Source: Candidatus Kerfeldbacteria bacterium
Lineage (GTDB): Bacteria > Patescibacteriota > Patescibacteriia > UBA9570 > XYC2-FULL-38-9
Direction of reading: 5' to 3'
DNA: 53,289 nucleotides
Assembly (NCBI GenBank): GCA_016182555.1
Contig: JACPGJ010000006.1
Location: 1-53,289, forward strand
A program made the position numbers and the translations under genes. Within the stretch, counting starts at the first letter, position 1. Every line of letters begins with the position of its first letter. Shown here piece after piece: positions 8,863-18,170 of the stretch. The notes under the pieces are model-generated. The model was given only the letters and a program-made list of their open reading frames with translations. It was not told the origin of the DNA and made no database searches.

Positions 8863-8931
8863 ACCGTTCGCGCCAGTGCCCCTTCACTAGCCGCTAATCG
8901 CTGAATCGTTCAGGAGCACTGCCGCTACGGT
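8863..8931. repeat. Structured palindromic element, partial copy C
   Basis: ACCG-TTCGCGCCA-GTGC...GCAC-TGCCGCTAC-GGT shares both outer arm motifs with the element at 48983-49069 (minus strand). Confidence 0.55.
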
Positions 8932-8939
8932 TAAAATTG

Positions 8940-9593
8940 TTATTCTACTTTACCAGAGTGATATTTACGCCATTCGCTAATTTTTTTGTGGTCGCCGGAA
9001 AGGAGAACCGGTGGCACACTTTGGCCTTCATATATTTCGGGGCGAGTATATTGTGGGTATTCTAAATAGCCTGGTTGGGAATGTGATTCGTCGGTGGACG
9101 ATTCCTCGTGACCCAGCACACCAGGGCGTAGGCGTGAAACAGCGTCAATAATCACCAATGCGCCTAATTCTCCACCGGTAAGCACAAAGTCACCAATCGA
9201 TATTTCTTCATCAACATAATGCAATACACGTTCATCTACCCCTTCATATCGTCCGCAGATCAATATCAGTTGGTCGTAGTCTTGAGCCAGTTGTTGTACT
9301 TTTGTTTGAGTAAGCCGCGAACCTTTTGCAGAAAGGAGAATGCAGCGTGAACGTTTTCGACGGCGAATGGATTTGAGTGTTTTGGCGATGGGTTCAACCT
9401 TCATCACCATTCCTGGTCCGCCCCCGTATGGGCTATCATCAACAGTATGATGTTTGTCTGTCGTTTTATTCCGTGGATTAAAAAAACGGACATCTATTTT
9501 TTTTGCTTGTCTGGCTCGTTTCAAAATACTGGCACCGAGTACTGAATCAAAGAGTTCCGGGAAAATAGTGACGACGTCAAAACGAATATTCAT
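8940..9593 (-). CDS. trmD: tRNA (guanine37-N1)-methyltransferase
   Basis: VDDSPYGGGPGMVMK, ICGRYEGVDERV, SIGDFVLTGGE, LEYPQYTRP. Confidence 0.98.
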   Translation of the reverse strand: MNIRFDVVTIFPELFDSVLGASILKRARQAKKIDVRFFNPRNKTTDKHHTVDDSPYGGGPGMVMKVEPIAKTLKSIRRRKRSRCILLSAKGSRLTQTKVQQLAQDYDQLILICGRYEGVDERVLHYVDEEISIGDFVLTGGELGALVIIDAVSRLRPGVLGHEESSTDESHSQPGYLEYPQYTRPEIYEGQSVPPVLLSGDHKKISEWRKYHSGKVE

Positions 9594-10303
9594 TACTGAA
9601 GCACTTCGTTGGTATTTTCTTCCCCGCTGTTCACATTTGGAAAATCGGTAGTGGTTTCATCATTTGTATCTTCATCCGTCGGGTTTTCCACGGTGTCATT
9701 AGTCAAGTCGATGACATCACCGGTATTTGCTTCGCCATTTTCTTCATCGAGTTGCAGATCCTCGAAATCATCTTCATTAAAGGGTTGATATTTGATGCCG
9801 GTAATTTTCCATTTGCGGAACGGCTGTTTAAACAACGACCAGGTGTCATTTGCATCGCGTTTCAATTTGATTGTGACATCATCTTGAAATTCATCGAAAC
9901 CAACCGTGACAAAAGCATGATAATGGTGAGCAAAGTATTTTGGTAATGGTTTAATTTCTTTTTCTTGGTACCCGTATTTGTTGATTTGTGGAATTTGTTC
10001 GCCATTTTCTTCTGTGAACAATAATTGGGAGCGCCAGGCTTCGTCTGATGTGACTGCGGTTGTCACTGTTTTGGCGGCAATCCAATCTTCGACAAACCAT
10101 TGAATATTTTCTTGTTTACCTGGTTTTATCGTGTCACTCACATACGACATTGCTTTTTCTTGGTCTTTGGCTTCTAATGCGCTGAGGAATGCATTTAGTG
10201 TGCGTTGTGGGCTCGTCATCCATAATCCAATGGCCACGGCTACAAAAACGATGACCACAGTACCCAGAACGATGAAGAGTATTTTTTTTCCACGTGAGAG
10301 CAT
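9593..10303 (-). CDS. Membrane-anchored hypothetical protein
   Basis: N-terminal TM helix and acidic C-terminal tail; stop overlaps the trmD start. Confidence 0.75.
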   Translation of the reverse strand: MLSRGKKILFIVLGTVVIVFVAVAIGLWMTSPQRTLNAFLSALEAKDQEKAMSYVSDTIKPGKQENIQWFVEDWIAAKTVTTAVTSDEAWRSQLLFTEENGEQIPQINKYGYQEKEIKPLPKYFAHHYHAFVTVGFDEFQDDVTIKLKRDANDTWSLFKQPFRKWKITGIKYQPFNEDDFEDLQLDEENGEANTGDVIDLTNDTVENPTDEDTNDETTTDFPNVNSGEENTNEVLQ

Positions 10304-10422
10304 AAAATATTCAATTACTCATTAATAAAGACATCATTAGTATACTCCATGTTAAAAAACTTTCAAAATGCGAAAATTAAAAATCCCGCCGTGCGGCAGG
10401 ATTTTTGGTTTTATCGTTGATA

Positions 10423-10779
10423 TTAGATATCGAGGTTATCAATCGCACTGGATGTGGAATTCATTGATGGAGCAGGAGCGTCCATGGATGAATCCATTGG
10501 TCGTTGTTCATGACGACGCATGCGATCTCCTTCTGGTTCGTTAATCTTCAAGTTCACACGAGCTTGGTTCTTCGCTCCAACAACACGCAATAATGTGCGA
10601 ATTGCTTTTGCGGTAGCACCTTGGCGGCCGATGACCTGACCCAAATCTTTTGGATCAACAGTGAGTGTAATCAGTACACCCATTTCATCTGTGCGACGTT
10701 GCGTGGAAACCGCATCTGGGTTGTCAACGATAGATTTGACAACGAATTCCACGAACTGTTGGTCTTTGTACTCTTCCAT
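10423..10779 (-). CDS. khpA: KH-domain RNA-binding protein
   Basis: FVVKSIVDNPDAV...DLGQVIGRQGATAKAIRTLL; follows rpsP. Confidence 0.92.
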   Translation of the reverse strand: MEEYKDQQFVEFVVKSIVDNPDAVSTQRRTDEMGVLITLTVDPKDLGQVIGRQGATAKAIRTLLRVVGAKNQARVNLKINEPEGDRMRRHEQRPMDSSMDAPAPSMNSTSSAIDNLDI

Positions 10780-10896
10780 TGCAGTAGAGTTAATGGTTAT
10801 CACGCTGTATTATATTTTGTGTATGAATGGTCAGCGTGTCATCCGTTCATCCACAGTAATGAATATCATATCATATACACAAGGTGTGTCAATGAA

Positions 10897-10925
10897 CAAA
10901 AACACCCGCTGCATGAGCGGGTGTT
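10897..10925 (-). terminator. Terminator after rpsP
   Basis: AACACCCGCT-gcatg-AGCGGGTGTT hairpin with a T-tract on the minus strand. Confidence 0.7.
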
Positions 10926-10941
10926 ACAGTATTGTGCTGAT

Positions 10942-11289
10942 TTATTTTTTTGCTGGGGTTGCTTCAGGGGCGGTTCCTTCTGTTGCTGCTGCCTCTCCTT
11001 CTGCAGATTTTTTATTCATATGCACCACGCGTTTTTTCTTCCCAGTCATGATACCAGTTTCGATGAGCATATTGTGTACAGTAGGTGATGGTTGCGCGCC
11101 TTTCGATAACCAATAAAGAATGCGTTCTTTATTCAATTGCATTTGTTCTTCACGCTTTGGTAAATGTGGGTTATACGAACCCAGAGTTTCTTGTGCGGCT
11201 GATTTTGGTGCACGCGTTTTTTCTTGCAACACCATGCGGAACGCCGCAGTATTTTTTCGCCCGATACGAGCGAGTCTAATCGTAAGCAT
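10942..11289 (-). CDS. rpsP: 30S ribosomal protein S16
   Basis: MLTIRLARIGRKN..FRMV..LGSYNP..YWLSKGAQPSPTV; TTGACA-17-TATACT promoter upstream. Confidence 0.96.
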   Translation of the reverse strand: MLTIRLARIGRKNTAAFRMVLQEKTRAPKSAAQETLGSYNPHLPKREEQMQLNKERILYWLSKGAQPSPTVHNMLIETGIMTGKKKRVVHMNKKSAEGEAAATEGTAPEATPAKK

Positions 11290-11443
11290 TGGAGGATAAT
11301 CAATAGTCATTAAAACGAGAGCACGCGATAGTGCCATTCAGTATACGGAATGGGGAGTAATTGTCAAGCATTCTATTGTCATTCTCAGAAAAAGGGGATA
11401 GCATAGAAGCTAGAAATAATAATTATTTTGATGAGCGCACTCT

Positions 11444-12340
11444 ATGGCGGAATTACAACCCTTTAGGCAAGTATTGAGAACAAGCTGGGAAACGTATACG
11501 AATCAATTTCGGTTTTTCCTGATTGTCGTCCTCTGTTTTGTTTTTCCATTGCAATTATTGAGCTCGTGGGCATTACCGAATCCATTGAGCGAACAATTGA
11601 TGGATCGGTTAACGCAAAGCGACGTGACCACCGCGAATGTTTCTCATATTGCAACGGATTTGGTGAGGCAGCAATTGACCGAGAATGATGACACGAGAAT
11701 GATGGTTGGATATGGAGCGTTGGTCATCTCCTGGCTATTGTCGTTTTATTTAATGGCAGCAATAATATTGGGTGTTTGGCGGGTGGCGAAACATGCACCT
11801 GGCGATCAGGAACAATTAGTCGTACAAGATATACTTCGTGATGCAAAACAATATTGGTGGCCGCTGTTTTGGACCCAGCTGCTTATGAGTTTGTTATTGG
11901 GTTTTTTCTTCGTTTTATTTATTATTCCGGCTATTATTTTTTCTGTGTATTGGGCATTTGCTGGTGTTGCCGTTGTCGTTACCAATAGAAAATATATGCA
12001 CGCCTTGCAATATAGCCGTCGAATTGTTCGGGGATATTGGTGGCCAACCGCCGCACGTTTTTTCCTCGTTGGCGCAATGGTTAGTATTGTAGTGACTATT
12101 ATCAGTATTCCTGTGGCGACATTGGCCGGGCAATTTTCTGCGATCCAAGCCGTGTTGGTGGCGATTAGCGAATTGATGGGATTATTTATTTCTGTATGGA
12201 CGGTCTATTATTTTCAAGATTTGCAACGTGTATATGAATCACGTCTGTCTGCCGGCACACAAACAACGGGCCATGTGATTGAACAGCACGCAGAAGAAAA
12301 CGAACAAGAAGAATCTGAACAAGATCACCAAGAAGAGTAA
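11444..12340 (+). CDS. Multi-pass membrane protein
   Basis: About 6 hydrophobic segments; ALQYSRRIVRGYWW motif of a broad uncharacterised membrane family. Confidence 0.75.
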   Translation: MAELQPFRQVLRTSWETYTNQFRFFLIVVLCFVFPLQLLSSWALPNPLSEQLMDRLTQSDVTTANVSHIATDLVRQQLTENDDTRMMVGYGALVISWLLSFYLMAAIILGVWRVAKHAPGDQEQLVVQDILRDAKQYWWPLFWTQLLMSLLLGFFFVLFIIPAIIFSVYWAFAGVAVVVTNRKYMHALQYSRRIVRGYWWPTAARFFLVGAMVSIVVTIISIPVATLAGQFSAIQAVLVAISELMGLFISVWTVYYFQDLQRVYESRLSAGTQTTGHVIEQHAEENEQEESEQDHQEE

Positions 12341-12342
12341 TA

Positions 12343-15030
12343 CTATTCTTGGACTAATTCTTCCGCTTCGGTGAGTTCAACGCTGAGGATATGTGATTTA
12401 CCTTCTTTGCCAACAGTGACACCATAGAGAATATCGGCAGCGCGCATAGTGACGCGGTTATGGGTGATAATCACAATTTGTGTTTTGTGGCTGAGCTCCG
12501 AAATAATGGCTGCGAGTTTTTCTGAATTTTCTTCATCTAATGCTGCTTCAACTTCATCGAGCACGACAAATGGAGATGGATTGTGTGCAATAATTGCGCA
12601 GAGCAGCGCAATAGAGATAAGCGATTTCTCTCCGCCAGAAAGAGCAGTCACATTCGTGATTTTTTTCCCTGCGGGCGATGCCATAACATCAATGCCCGAA
12701 ATGACTTTTTGTCTCTTCTTCTTTTTGCCAATCAGTTCGCGTTCTTTTTCTTGTTGAATACTTTCTGTGGCGCCATCAGACACTACGGTATCAGTCGCAT
12801 CAACGTTTTCTTCTTCAGTATCGGTGAGCATTAATAATTTTGCTGCGCCTCCACCAAAGAGCACCGTGAAATATTTTTGGAAATGTTCATTGATCCGTTT
12901 AAAGTTTTTTTGGAATTGTGCATGAATGGTTTTATCTAATTCATCAATGATTTTTTCGAGTGAAATAATTGCCGTAGAAAGATCGGTTGTTTGTTTTTGT
13001 AAGAAATCAAAGCGTTCTTTGGTTTCTTCATATTCTTTCATCATCTCTGGGTCAATGCTACCGATGGATTCCAATTGGCGACTGAGTGAAGCCATCTTTT
13101 CTTCAGCGGCATGGCGTGCAGTCAATGGTTCGCCGGTGTAATGATAAATGGCGTCAATAGATTCACTTGGCAATGCTCGCGTAATGGTATTTTGTACATC
13201 TTCTCGGCGTGTTTCTATTCGAGCAATATGAATTTCAATACTATTGGCTTGTTGGCGGATAGCGGTGAGTTTGCGCTGCAGTGTACGAATATCGCTTTGA
13301 ATACTCACTAAACGCGTTTTCTTTTCTTCTTCTTCTTGGTTGAACTGGTCAATGTTCGCGCGAACCGCATTCAATTTTGTATCGTCGTGTGCAATCTGTC
13401 CTTCTAATTCGTTGAGTGTTTCATGTTGACGTTTGATTTGGTCTTGTGCTTCGTTACTTTCTTTTTCTGCACTGGCAGCCGTGATATCAGATTGAATGGT
13501 TGCCAGTTCGTCTTCACCGCGGCGAATTTGCGTATGCAGCATCTGTACTTTTGCACGACAAGATTCAATACTCACTCGCAGTTCATTCAGTTGGTGTTGA
13601 GCGGTGTCGCGTTCTTGCACTAATCGTTCCAACAGTTGTTCCTGATGTTTCATTTCTACACGTAGTGCTTCCACGGCGTCTTTTTCTTCTGCATGTAGGC
13701 GATCCATAAATTCGGCAAATTGTTGTGTAAGGCGTTTGCCATGTGACTGGACACTTTTGAATTCTTCCAGCGATTTTGTTTGCAGTAATTGGCGCAAGAA
13801 ATCTTGTTGTTGTGCAAATAAATTTTGTAGTTCGGTTTGAATTTCGGGAATCGTCATCGCATGTGATCGTGTTTCAATCTGTTCTTTCAATTTCAAAATA
13901 TTGTATTCTTGTTCACGAAATTCATTCTTGAGCGATTCCACATTTTTTTCGGCACGCGCGAGTTCGTTTTGTTCACGGTGCATCTGCTCTTCTAATAATT
14001 GTACGCTGCCAGCTTGCTCTTGAATGTCTTTCAAAATTTCATCTTCTTTGCGTTTCATCCATACGAGGCTGAGTTCCCCTTGTTTTTGATGCTCTAATTC
14101 TAACTTGCCTTTTAATACGGCTTGTTCTTTTAATAAAAAACTTTTGTGTTCGAGCAGCTCATTAAACTGTTGTTGGAGTTGTTGATAGCGTTCTCCACGG
14201 GATGCTTCTTGCGAAATAGCGTCGCTTGCTGTTTGTGCGGTAGCAAGGTCTGATTCTAATTGTTGTGTTGTCGTTTGTTGTTGCGCCAGCTCTGTTTTGA
14301 GTGTGTGATGCTCCGCGGTTAATTCGTTCCACAGTGAACCATAGTATTGAATTTGGAGTGCGCGTAATTCTGTTTCTAATTTTTCCCGTTTTTCTAAGCG
14401 TTTCACTTGGCGCGTCAATGATTGTAAATGTGGTTCAATTTCGGTCAACAATACTTCGCCTTGTACCAAGTGTTCTTCAGTGCGGATCAATTTATTTATG
14501 GCTTGGTCGCGTTTAATTTGAAATTCACGCACGCCGGTGGCTTCGTCAAGAAATATTTTTCTCTCTTGAGGTGTGGCATTCAGGAAATGGGTAATCATGC
14601 CTTGGCCAATAACTGCATAAGATTTTTGACCAAACTTGGCTTGGGCAAGCATGAGGATAATATCTTGCAAACGCACCTGCGCATTATTCACCCGATATTC
14701 CGATTCGCCGCTGCGGAAAATTTTACGAGAGATGACCACCTCATTGTAATCGAGCGGAAGTTTATGGTCGCGGTTATCGAGGTGGAGTTCGACTTGTGCC
14801 ATGCCCAGACGAGAGAGTTGATCGGAACCGCCAAAAATAACATCATGCGAAGATTTGCTGCGCAGTGTTTTCATGCTCTGTTCTCCTAATACCCAGCGAA
14901 TGGCATCGGCGATATTAGATTTTCCTGAACCATTTGGCCCAACAATAGCCGTGAAGTTTTTTGGGAATTCAAAAACAGTTTTATCGGCAAAAGATTTAAA
15001 CCCGTGGAGAACCAGTTTATCTAAACGCAT
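12343..15030 (-). CDS. smc: SMC-family chromosome segregation ATPase (short form)
   Basis: GFKSFA, GPNGSGKSN, long coiled coil, LSGGEKS, VLDEVEAALD, IITH. Confidence 0.92.
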   Translation of the reverse strand: MRLDKLVLHGFKSFADKTVFEFPKNFTAIVGPNGSGKSNIADAIRWVLGEQSMKTLRSKSSHDVIFGGSDQLSRLGMAQVELHLDNRDHKLPLDYNEVVISRKIFRSGESEYRVNNAQVRLQDIILMLAQAKFGQKSYAVIGQGMITHFLNATPQERKIFLDEATGVREFQIKRDQAINKLIRTEEHLVQGEVLLTEIEPHLQSLTRQVKRLEKREKLETELRALQIQYYGSLWNELTAEHHTLKTELAQQQTTTQQLESDLATAQTASDAISQEASRGERYQQLQQQFNELLEHKSFLLKEQAVLKGKLELEHQKQGELSLVWMKRKEDEILKDIQEQAGSVQLLEEQMHREQNELARAEKNVESLKNEFREQEYNILKLKEQIETRSHAMTIPEIQTELQNLFAQQQDFLRQLLQTKSLEEFKSVQSHGKRLTQQFAEFMDRLHAEEKDAVEALRVEMKHQEQLLERLVQERDTAQHQLNELRVSIESCRAKVQMLHTQIRRGEDELATIQSDITAASAEKESNEAQDQIKRQHETLNELEGQIAHDDTKLNAVRANIDQFNQEEEEKKTRLVSIQSDIRTLQRKLTAIRQQANSIEIHIARIETRREDVQNTITRALPSESIDAIYHYTGEPLTARHAAEEKMASLSRQLESIGSIDPEMMKEYEETKERFDFLQKQTTDLSTAIISLEKIIDELDKTIHAQFQKNFKRINEHFQKYFTVLFGGGAAKLLMLTDTEEENVDATDTVVSDGATESIQQEKERELIGKKKKRQKVISGIDVMASPAGKKITNVTALSGGEKSLISIALLCAIIAHNPSPFVVLDEVEAALDEENSEKLAAIISELSHKTQIVIITHNRVTMRAADILYGVTVGKEGKSHILSVELTEAEELVQE

Positions 15031-15093
15031 AGGCTGGATTATACCAGAATTATCCTGAAAATGGTATACTTTAACAAGACTATTTTATCATGG

Positions 15094-15181
15094 TCCTTCC
15101 ATGGTCCTGTGCGATCATTCTTCGAGAGCTTCGTTTTGCTTCGCAAATACGTGCTCTCTCCAGAATGAACGCGAAGGCCAT
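15094..15181 (+). repeat. Structured palindromic element, copy A
   Basis: Long imperfect hairpin; its 50-nt core is 45/50 identical to 48983-49069 (minus strand). Confidence 0.8.
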
Positions 15182-15200
15182 ACTCCTATAACTCTATTTT

Positions 15201-16544
15201 ATGCATACATACAAAAAAATTTGGTTTGCCTTAGTGCTGTTGAGTGCAGTTGTTTTTCCATCATTCGTTTTTGCAGCCGGGCCACAGATTACGATAGATA
15301 ATACCGAAGACGCTGTAACCATTTTGAAAAATCCAGACAGTTTTTCTGGAGAAACGTTTATATTGTCCTATGACGGCGCTCAAGATATTCAGGCGATGCG
15401 GATCAATCGTGATGACGTGTATTACGTCGTGACGGCAGTCAAAAAAGCCAATGCCATTCGTTTACGATTATATACTAATGCCGGAGAGAAATTAGCTGGG
15501 CGTTTGGTATTTAGTAAAACGGATGAACAAGCATTCGGTGCAATGAAGTTTGATGTGCTGACGAATAATGAACAAGTGGCTTTTCGCGTTCGCACGGTGA
15601 AAATGAACGCCAGCGGCCGCCCAACACGTTTTTTGCGTAAAACATTTTATATTCGCCCCACCAGCGACCATACGATGAAGCGGCGTACCGCTGGTGTGAA
15701 AAAAATTGAGTATCCGAATTTTTCCGATAAAACAAATGAAGAAGGTGGGCTGGCATTATTGAACTATCAACGTCTTGCTTCGGGCATTTTGCCAGTACAG
15801 CGCACCACGGAATTGGATTCTGGTTGCGCCTTGCATGTAGAGTATTTACGGTTGAATGACACGCTTTCTCACTTTGAGGAAGAAGGAAACCCGGGCTATA
15901 CCGAAGAAGGGAGTGCTGCGGGTCAAGCGAGTAATTTAGCTGGCATGTACAACAATACGAGCATGATTAAAGCCATTGGTATTTGGACCACTGCGATTTA
16001 TCACCGTTTGCCGATGTTCAATAATGGTTTGCAGTCGGTGGGTTGGGCGGTGTCCAGTACGAGTGCCAGCAATTATAATTATGCCTGTATTAATGTGGGG
16101 ACGAGTAAAGATTATGGCGAGCTGACCCAAAGCGGTACGGAAAATAATTTTACCTATTACGATCCCTATAACCATGACCCCATTCCCTACCCAGGGGTTG
16201 GACAAACCCATATTCCAACGACCTTTGGTACGGGTGAATCTCCGGATCCGTTGGAAGATTTTAACGGAACGTATCCAGCAGGTGAACCGATTTCGTTGAT
16301 ATTTTCTGACAATGATACGGTCTCAGATATGGCAATGACTCTCACTGATGCCAGTGGGAATTCCCTATCTGGTTATTTCCGTGCACCAGATGATCCTGAA
16401 GACCCAAATAGCATTTACCAAGGTAATAGCGTAACATTTATTGCTGAAGAGCCGCTGGATTCTGCCATGACCTATACAGTGAATGTGACCGGAAAAGTGA
16501 ATGATACTTCCTACTCAAAAGAGTGGAGTTTCACCACGGAGTAG
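15201..16544 (+). CDS. Secreted CAP (SCP) domain protein with C-terminal Ig-like domain
   Basis: Signal peptide; LNYQRLASGI...LDSGCALHVEYL...SHFE...WTTAIYHR; C-terminal PLDSAMTYTV...WSFTT. Confidence 0.8.
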   Translation: MHTYKKIWFALVLLSAVVFPSFVFAAGPQITIDNTEDAVTILKNPDSFSGETFILSYDGAQDIQAMRINRDDVYYVVTAVKKANAIRLRLYTNAGEKLAGRLVFSKTDEQAFGAMKFDVLTNNEQVAFRVRTVKMNASGRPTRFLRKTFYIRPTSDHTMKRRTAGVKKIEYPNFSDKTNEEGGLALLNYQRLASGILPVQRTTELDSGCALHVEYLRLNDTLSHFEEEGNPGYTEEGSAAGQASNLAGMYNNTSMIKAIGIWTTAIYHRLPMFNNGLQSVGWAVSSTSASNYNYACINVGTSKDYGELTQSGTENNFTYYDPYNHDPIPYPGVGQTHIPTTFGTGESPDPLEDFNGTYPAGEPISLIFSDNDTVSDMAMTLTDASGNSLSGYFRAPDDPEDPNSIYQGNSVTFIAEEPLDSAMTYTVNVTGKVNDTSYSKEWSFTTE

Positions 16545-16570
16545 GATAAAGGATAGCGAGTTAAGCGCGC

Positions 16571-17281
16571 TTATTCGTGTTCGTAGGTGAGCCAATTTTT
16601 TTTATGGAGAGCAGCTTCTGCCGCTTTCATTTGTGCTTCTTGTTTTGATGTGCCTTCCCCTGTGGCAATGAGCTCATCATGCAGGTATACACCGACGATA
16701 AATATTTTGTTGTGGTCTGGGCCAGATTCTTTCTGTACACGGTAATTTGGTGTTGCGCCAACTAATTCTTGTGCCGCTTCTTGGAAGCGACTTTTGGCAT
16801 CCAGGTACAATTTGTATTTTAAAATGTGCGGCAACTTTGAAATAATATTTTTGTGAATAAATGTCGCGGCAATGTCATATTCTTTATCCAAATAAATAGA
16901 ACCGATAATTGCTTCCACCGCATTCGCTAAAATAGATTGTCGTGCTTTGGTGTTGCTATCTTTGGCTTCACCGCGGGATAAATACAAGAATTGTTCAATT
17001 TCGAGTTGTTCCGCAATAATGGAAAGCATTTGTGAATTCACTAAACTCGCTCGCCAATTCGTTAACTCCCCTTCTGGATTCGGGTAGGTGGTAAAGAGAT
17101 GTTCCGTGACGACCAATTCTAATACGGCATCACCTAAAAATTCTAAGCGCTCATTGTGGTCGAGTGGAAAATCGCGGTGTTCATTTAAATAGGAGCGGTG
17201 AACCAGGGCTTGGCGCAACAAATTTGGATTACTGAATTTAACCTCTAGGGTTTTTTCAAGCTTTGCAATATTTTTATCCAT
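16571..17281 (-). CDS. rnc: Ribonuclease III
   Basis: ALVHRSY, NERLEFLGDAVL and a C-terminal dsRBD (DAKSRFQE...GTSKQEAQMKAA); start placed at MDKNI. Confidence 0.97.
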   Translation of the reverse strand: MDKNIAKLEKTLEVKFSNPNLLRQALVHRSYLNEHRDFPLDHNERLEFLGDAVLELVVTEHLFTTYPNPEGELTNWRASLVNSQMLSIIAEQLEIEQFLYLSRGEAKDSNTKARQSILANAVEAIIGSIYLDKEYDIAATFIHKNIISKLPHILKYKLYLDAKSRFQEAAQELVGATPNYRVQKESGPDHNKIFIVGVYLHDELIATGEGTSKQEAQMKAAEAALHKKNWLTYEHE

Positions 17282-17292
17282 AGGTGTGTATG

Positions 17293-17341
17293 GATGTCGG
17301 ACGTCGCCGGTGTTGTCATAACACCTCCAACGTTCAACATC
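17293..17341 (-). promoter_or_regulatory. Long RNA hairpin in the rnc 5' leader (candidate autoregulatory RNase III site)
   Basis: GAUGUUGAACGUUG-GA-GGUGUU-augac-AACACC-GG-CGACGUCCGACAUC; the G-U pairs form on the mRNA strand. Confidence 0.6.
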
Positions 17342-17363
17342 AATCAATGAATTATTAATTTTT

Positions 17364-17831
17364 TTATGATGGTGTCGTGCCAAGAGTTTTTCGTTCCCCG
17401 TCTTCATCAAGCTCACCATTTTTTTCCATATCGCGGAAGATAGAACCAAGGACGCCATTCACAAATTTCCCAGACGATTCTCCGCCAAATGATTTGCCTA
17501 ATTCAATCGATTCGTTAATGGCAACTTTTGGTGGGATATCGGTATCCATTTTCAATTCATAAATACCGATACGCAATACATTGCGATCGATATTGGTGAT
17601 CTGTTCTAGCGGCCAATCTGGTGCGTAGTGTTGAATCGTTTCGTTAATCGTTTGCACGTGGGCAATAATGCCATTCAACAGTTTTTTGGTAAACTCCGCA
17701 TCATCAAATTTTTCCGCGAATTCGGCTAAATTGTGTTCCAAAATACTTTCCAGTGGCTTTGTGCCATTGTAGAAATCCCATTCAAAGAGTGTTTGGAGGG
17801 CAATGATGCGTCCAAGGTGGCGATTTGACAT
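17364..17831 (-). CDS. nusB: Transcription antitermination factor NusB
   Basis: [51 protein letters not shown]. Confidence 0.97.
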   Translation of the reverse strand: MSNRHLGRIIALQTLFEWDFYNGTKPLESILEHNLAEFAEKFDDAEFTKKLLNGIIAHVQTINETIQHYAPDWPLEQITNIDRNVLRIGIYELKMDTDIPPKVAINESIELGKSFGGESSGKFVNGVLGSIFRDMEKNGELDEDGERKTLGTTPS

Positions 17832-17857
17832 ACAATGAAATGAACCGCTTCGGCTAA

Positions 17858-18082
17858 TTATTTGTTTTCTTTGGTGCTCGCTTTACGAATTTTTTTCTCT
17901 ACCACCGTTTGTTTTTTCAGCACATCTTTCCCTCGGTATTTCCCACATGATGGGCAAGCATAATGAGGTTTCATTGGTTGTTTGCATGATGGACATTCAA
18001 TCACCGTTGGAACTGAAAGGGCATGGTGAGAACGACGGTTACGTGTTCGGCGTTTACTAATACGTTTTTTCTGTACAGACAT
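17858..18082 (-). CDS. rpmF: 50S ribosomal protein L32 (Zn-ribbon form)
   Basis: [15 protein letters not shown]...CPSC...[13 protein letters not shown]. Confidence 0.95.
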   Translation of the reverse strand: MSVQKKRISKRRTRNRRSHHALSVPTVIECPSCKQPMKPHYACPSCGKYRGKDVLKKQTVVEKKIRKASTKENK

Positions 18083-18170
18083 ATGTTGATTTTATTATTC
18101 CTGTCCACGGACTATACAGGATACATCCATTTTTTGCAAGTGTCGCCTGAGATAGTGTATGATACAGCAC

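Noticed and set aside
17282-17458. N-terminal extension of Rnc in the ORF track
   Set aside because: It overlaps nusB and the leader hairpin; homology begins at MDKNI (17281)
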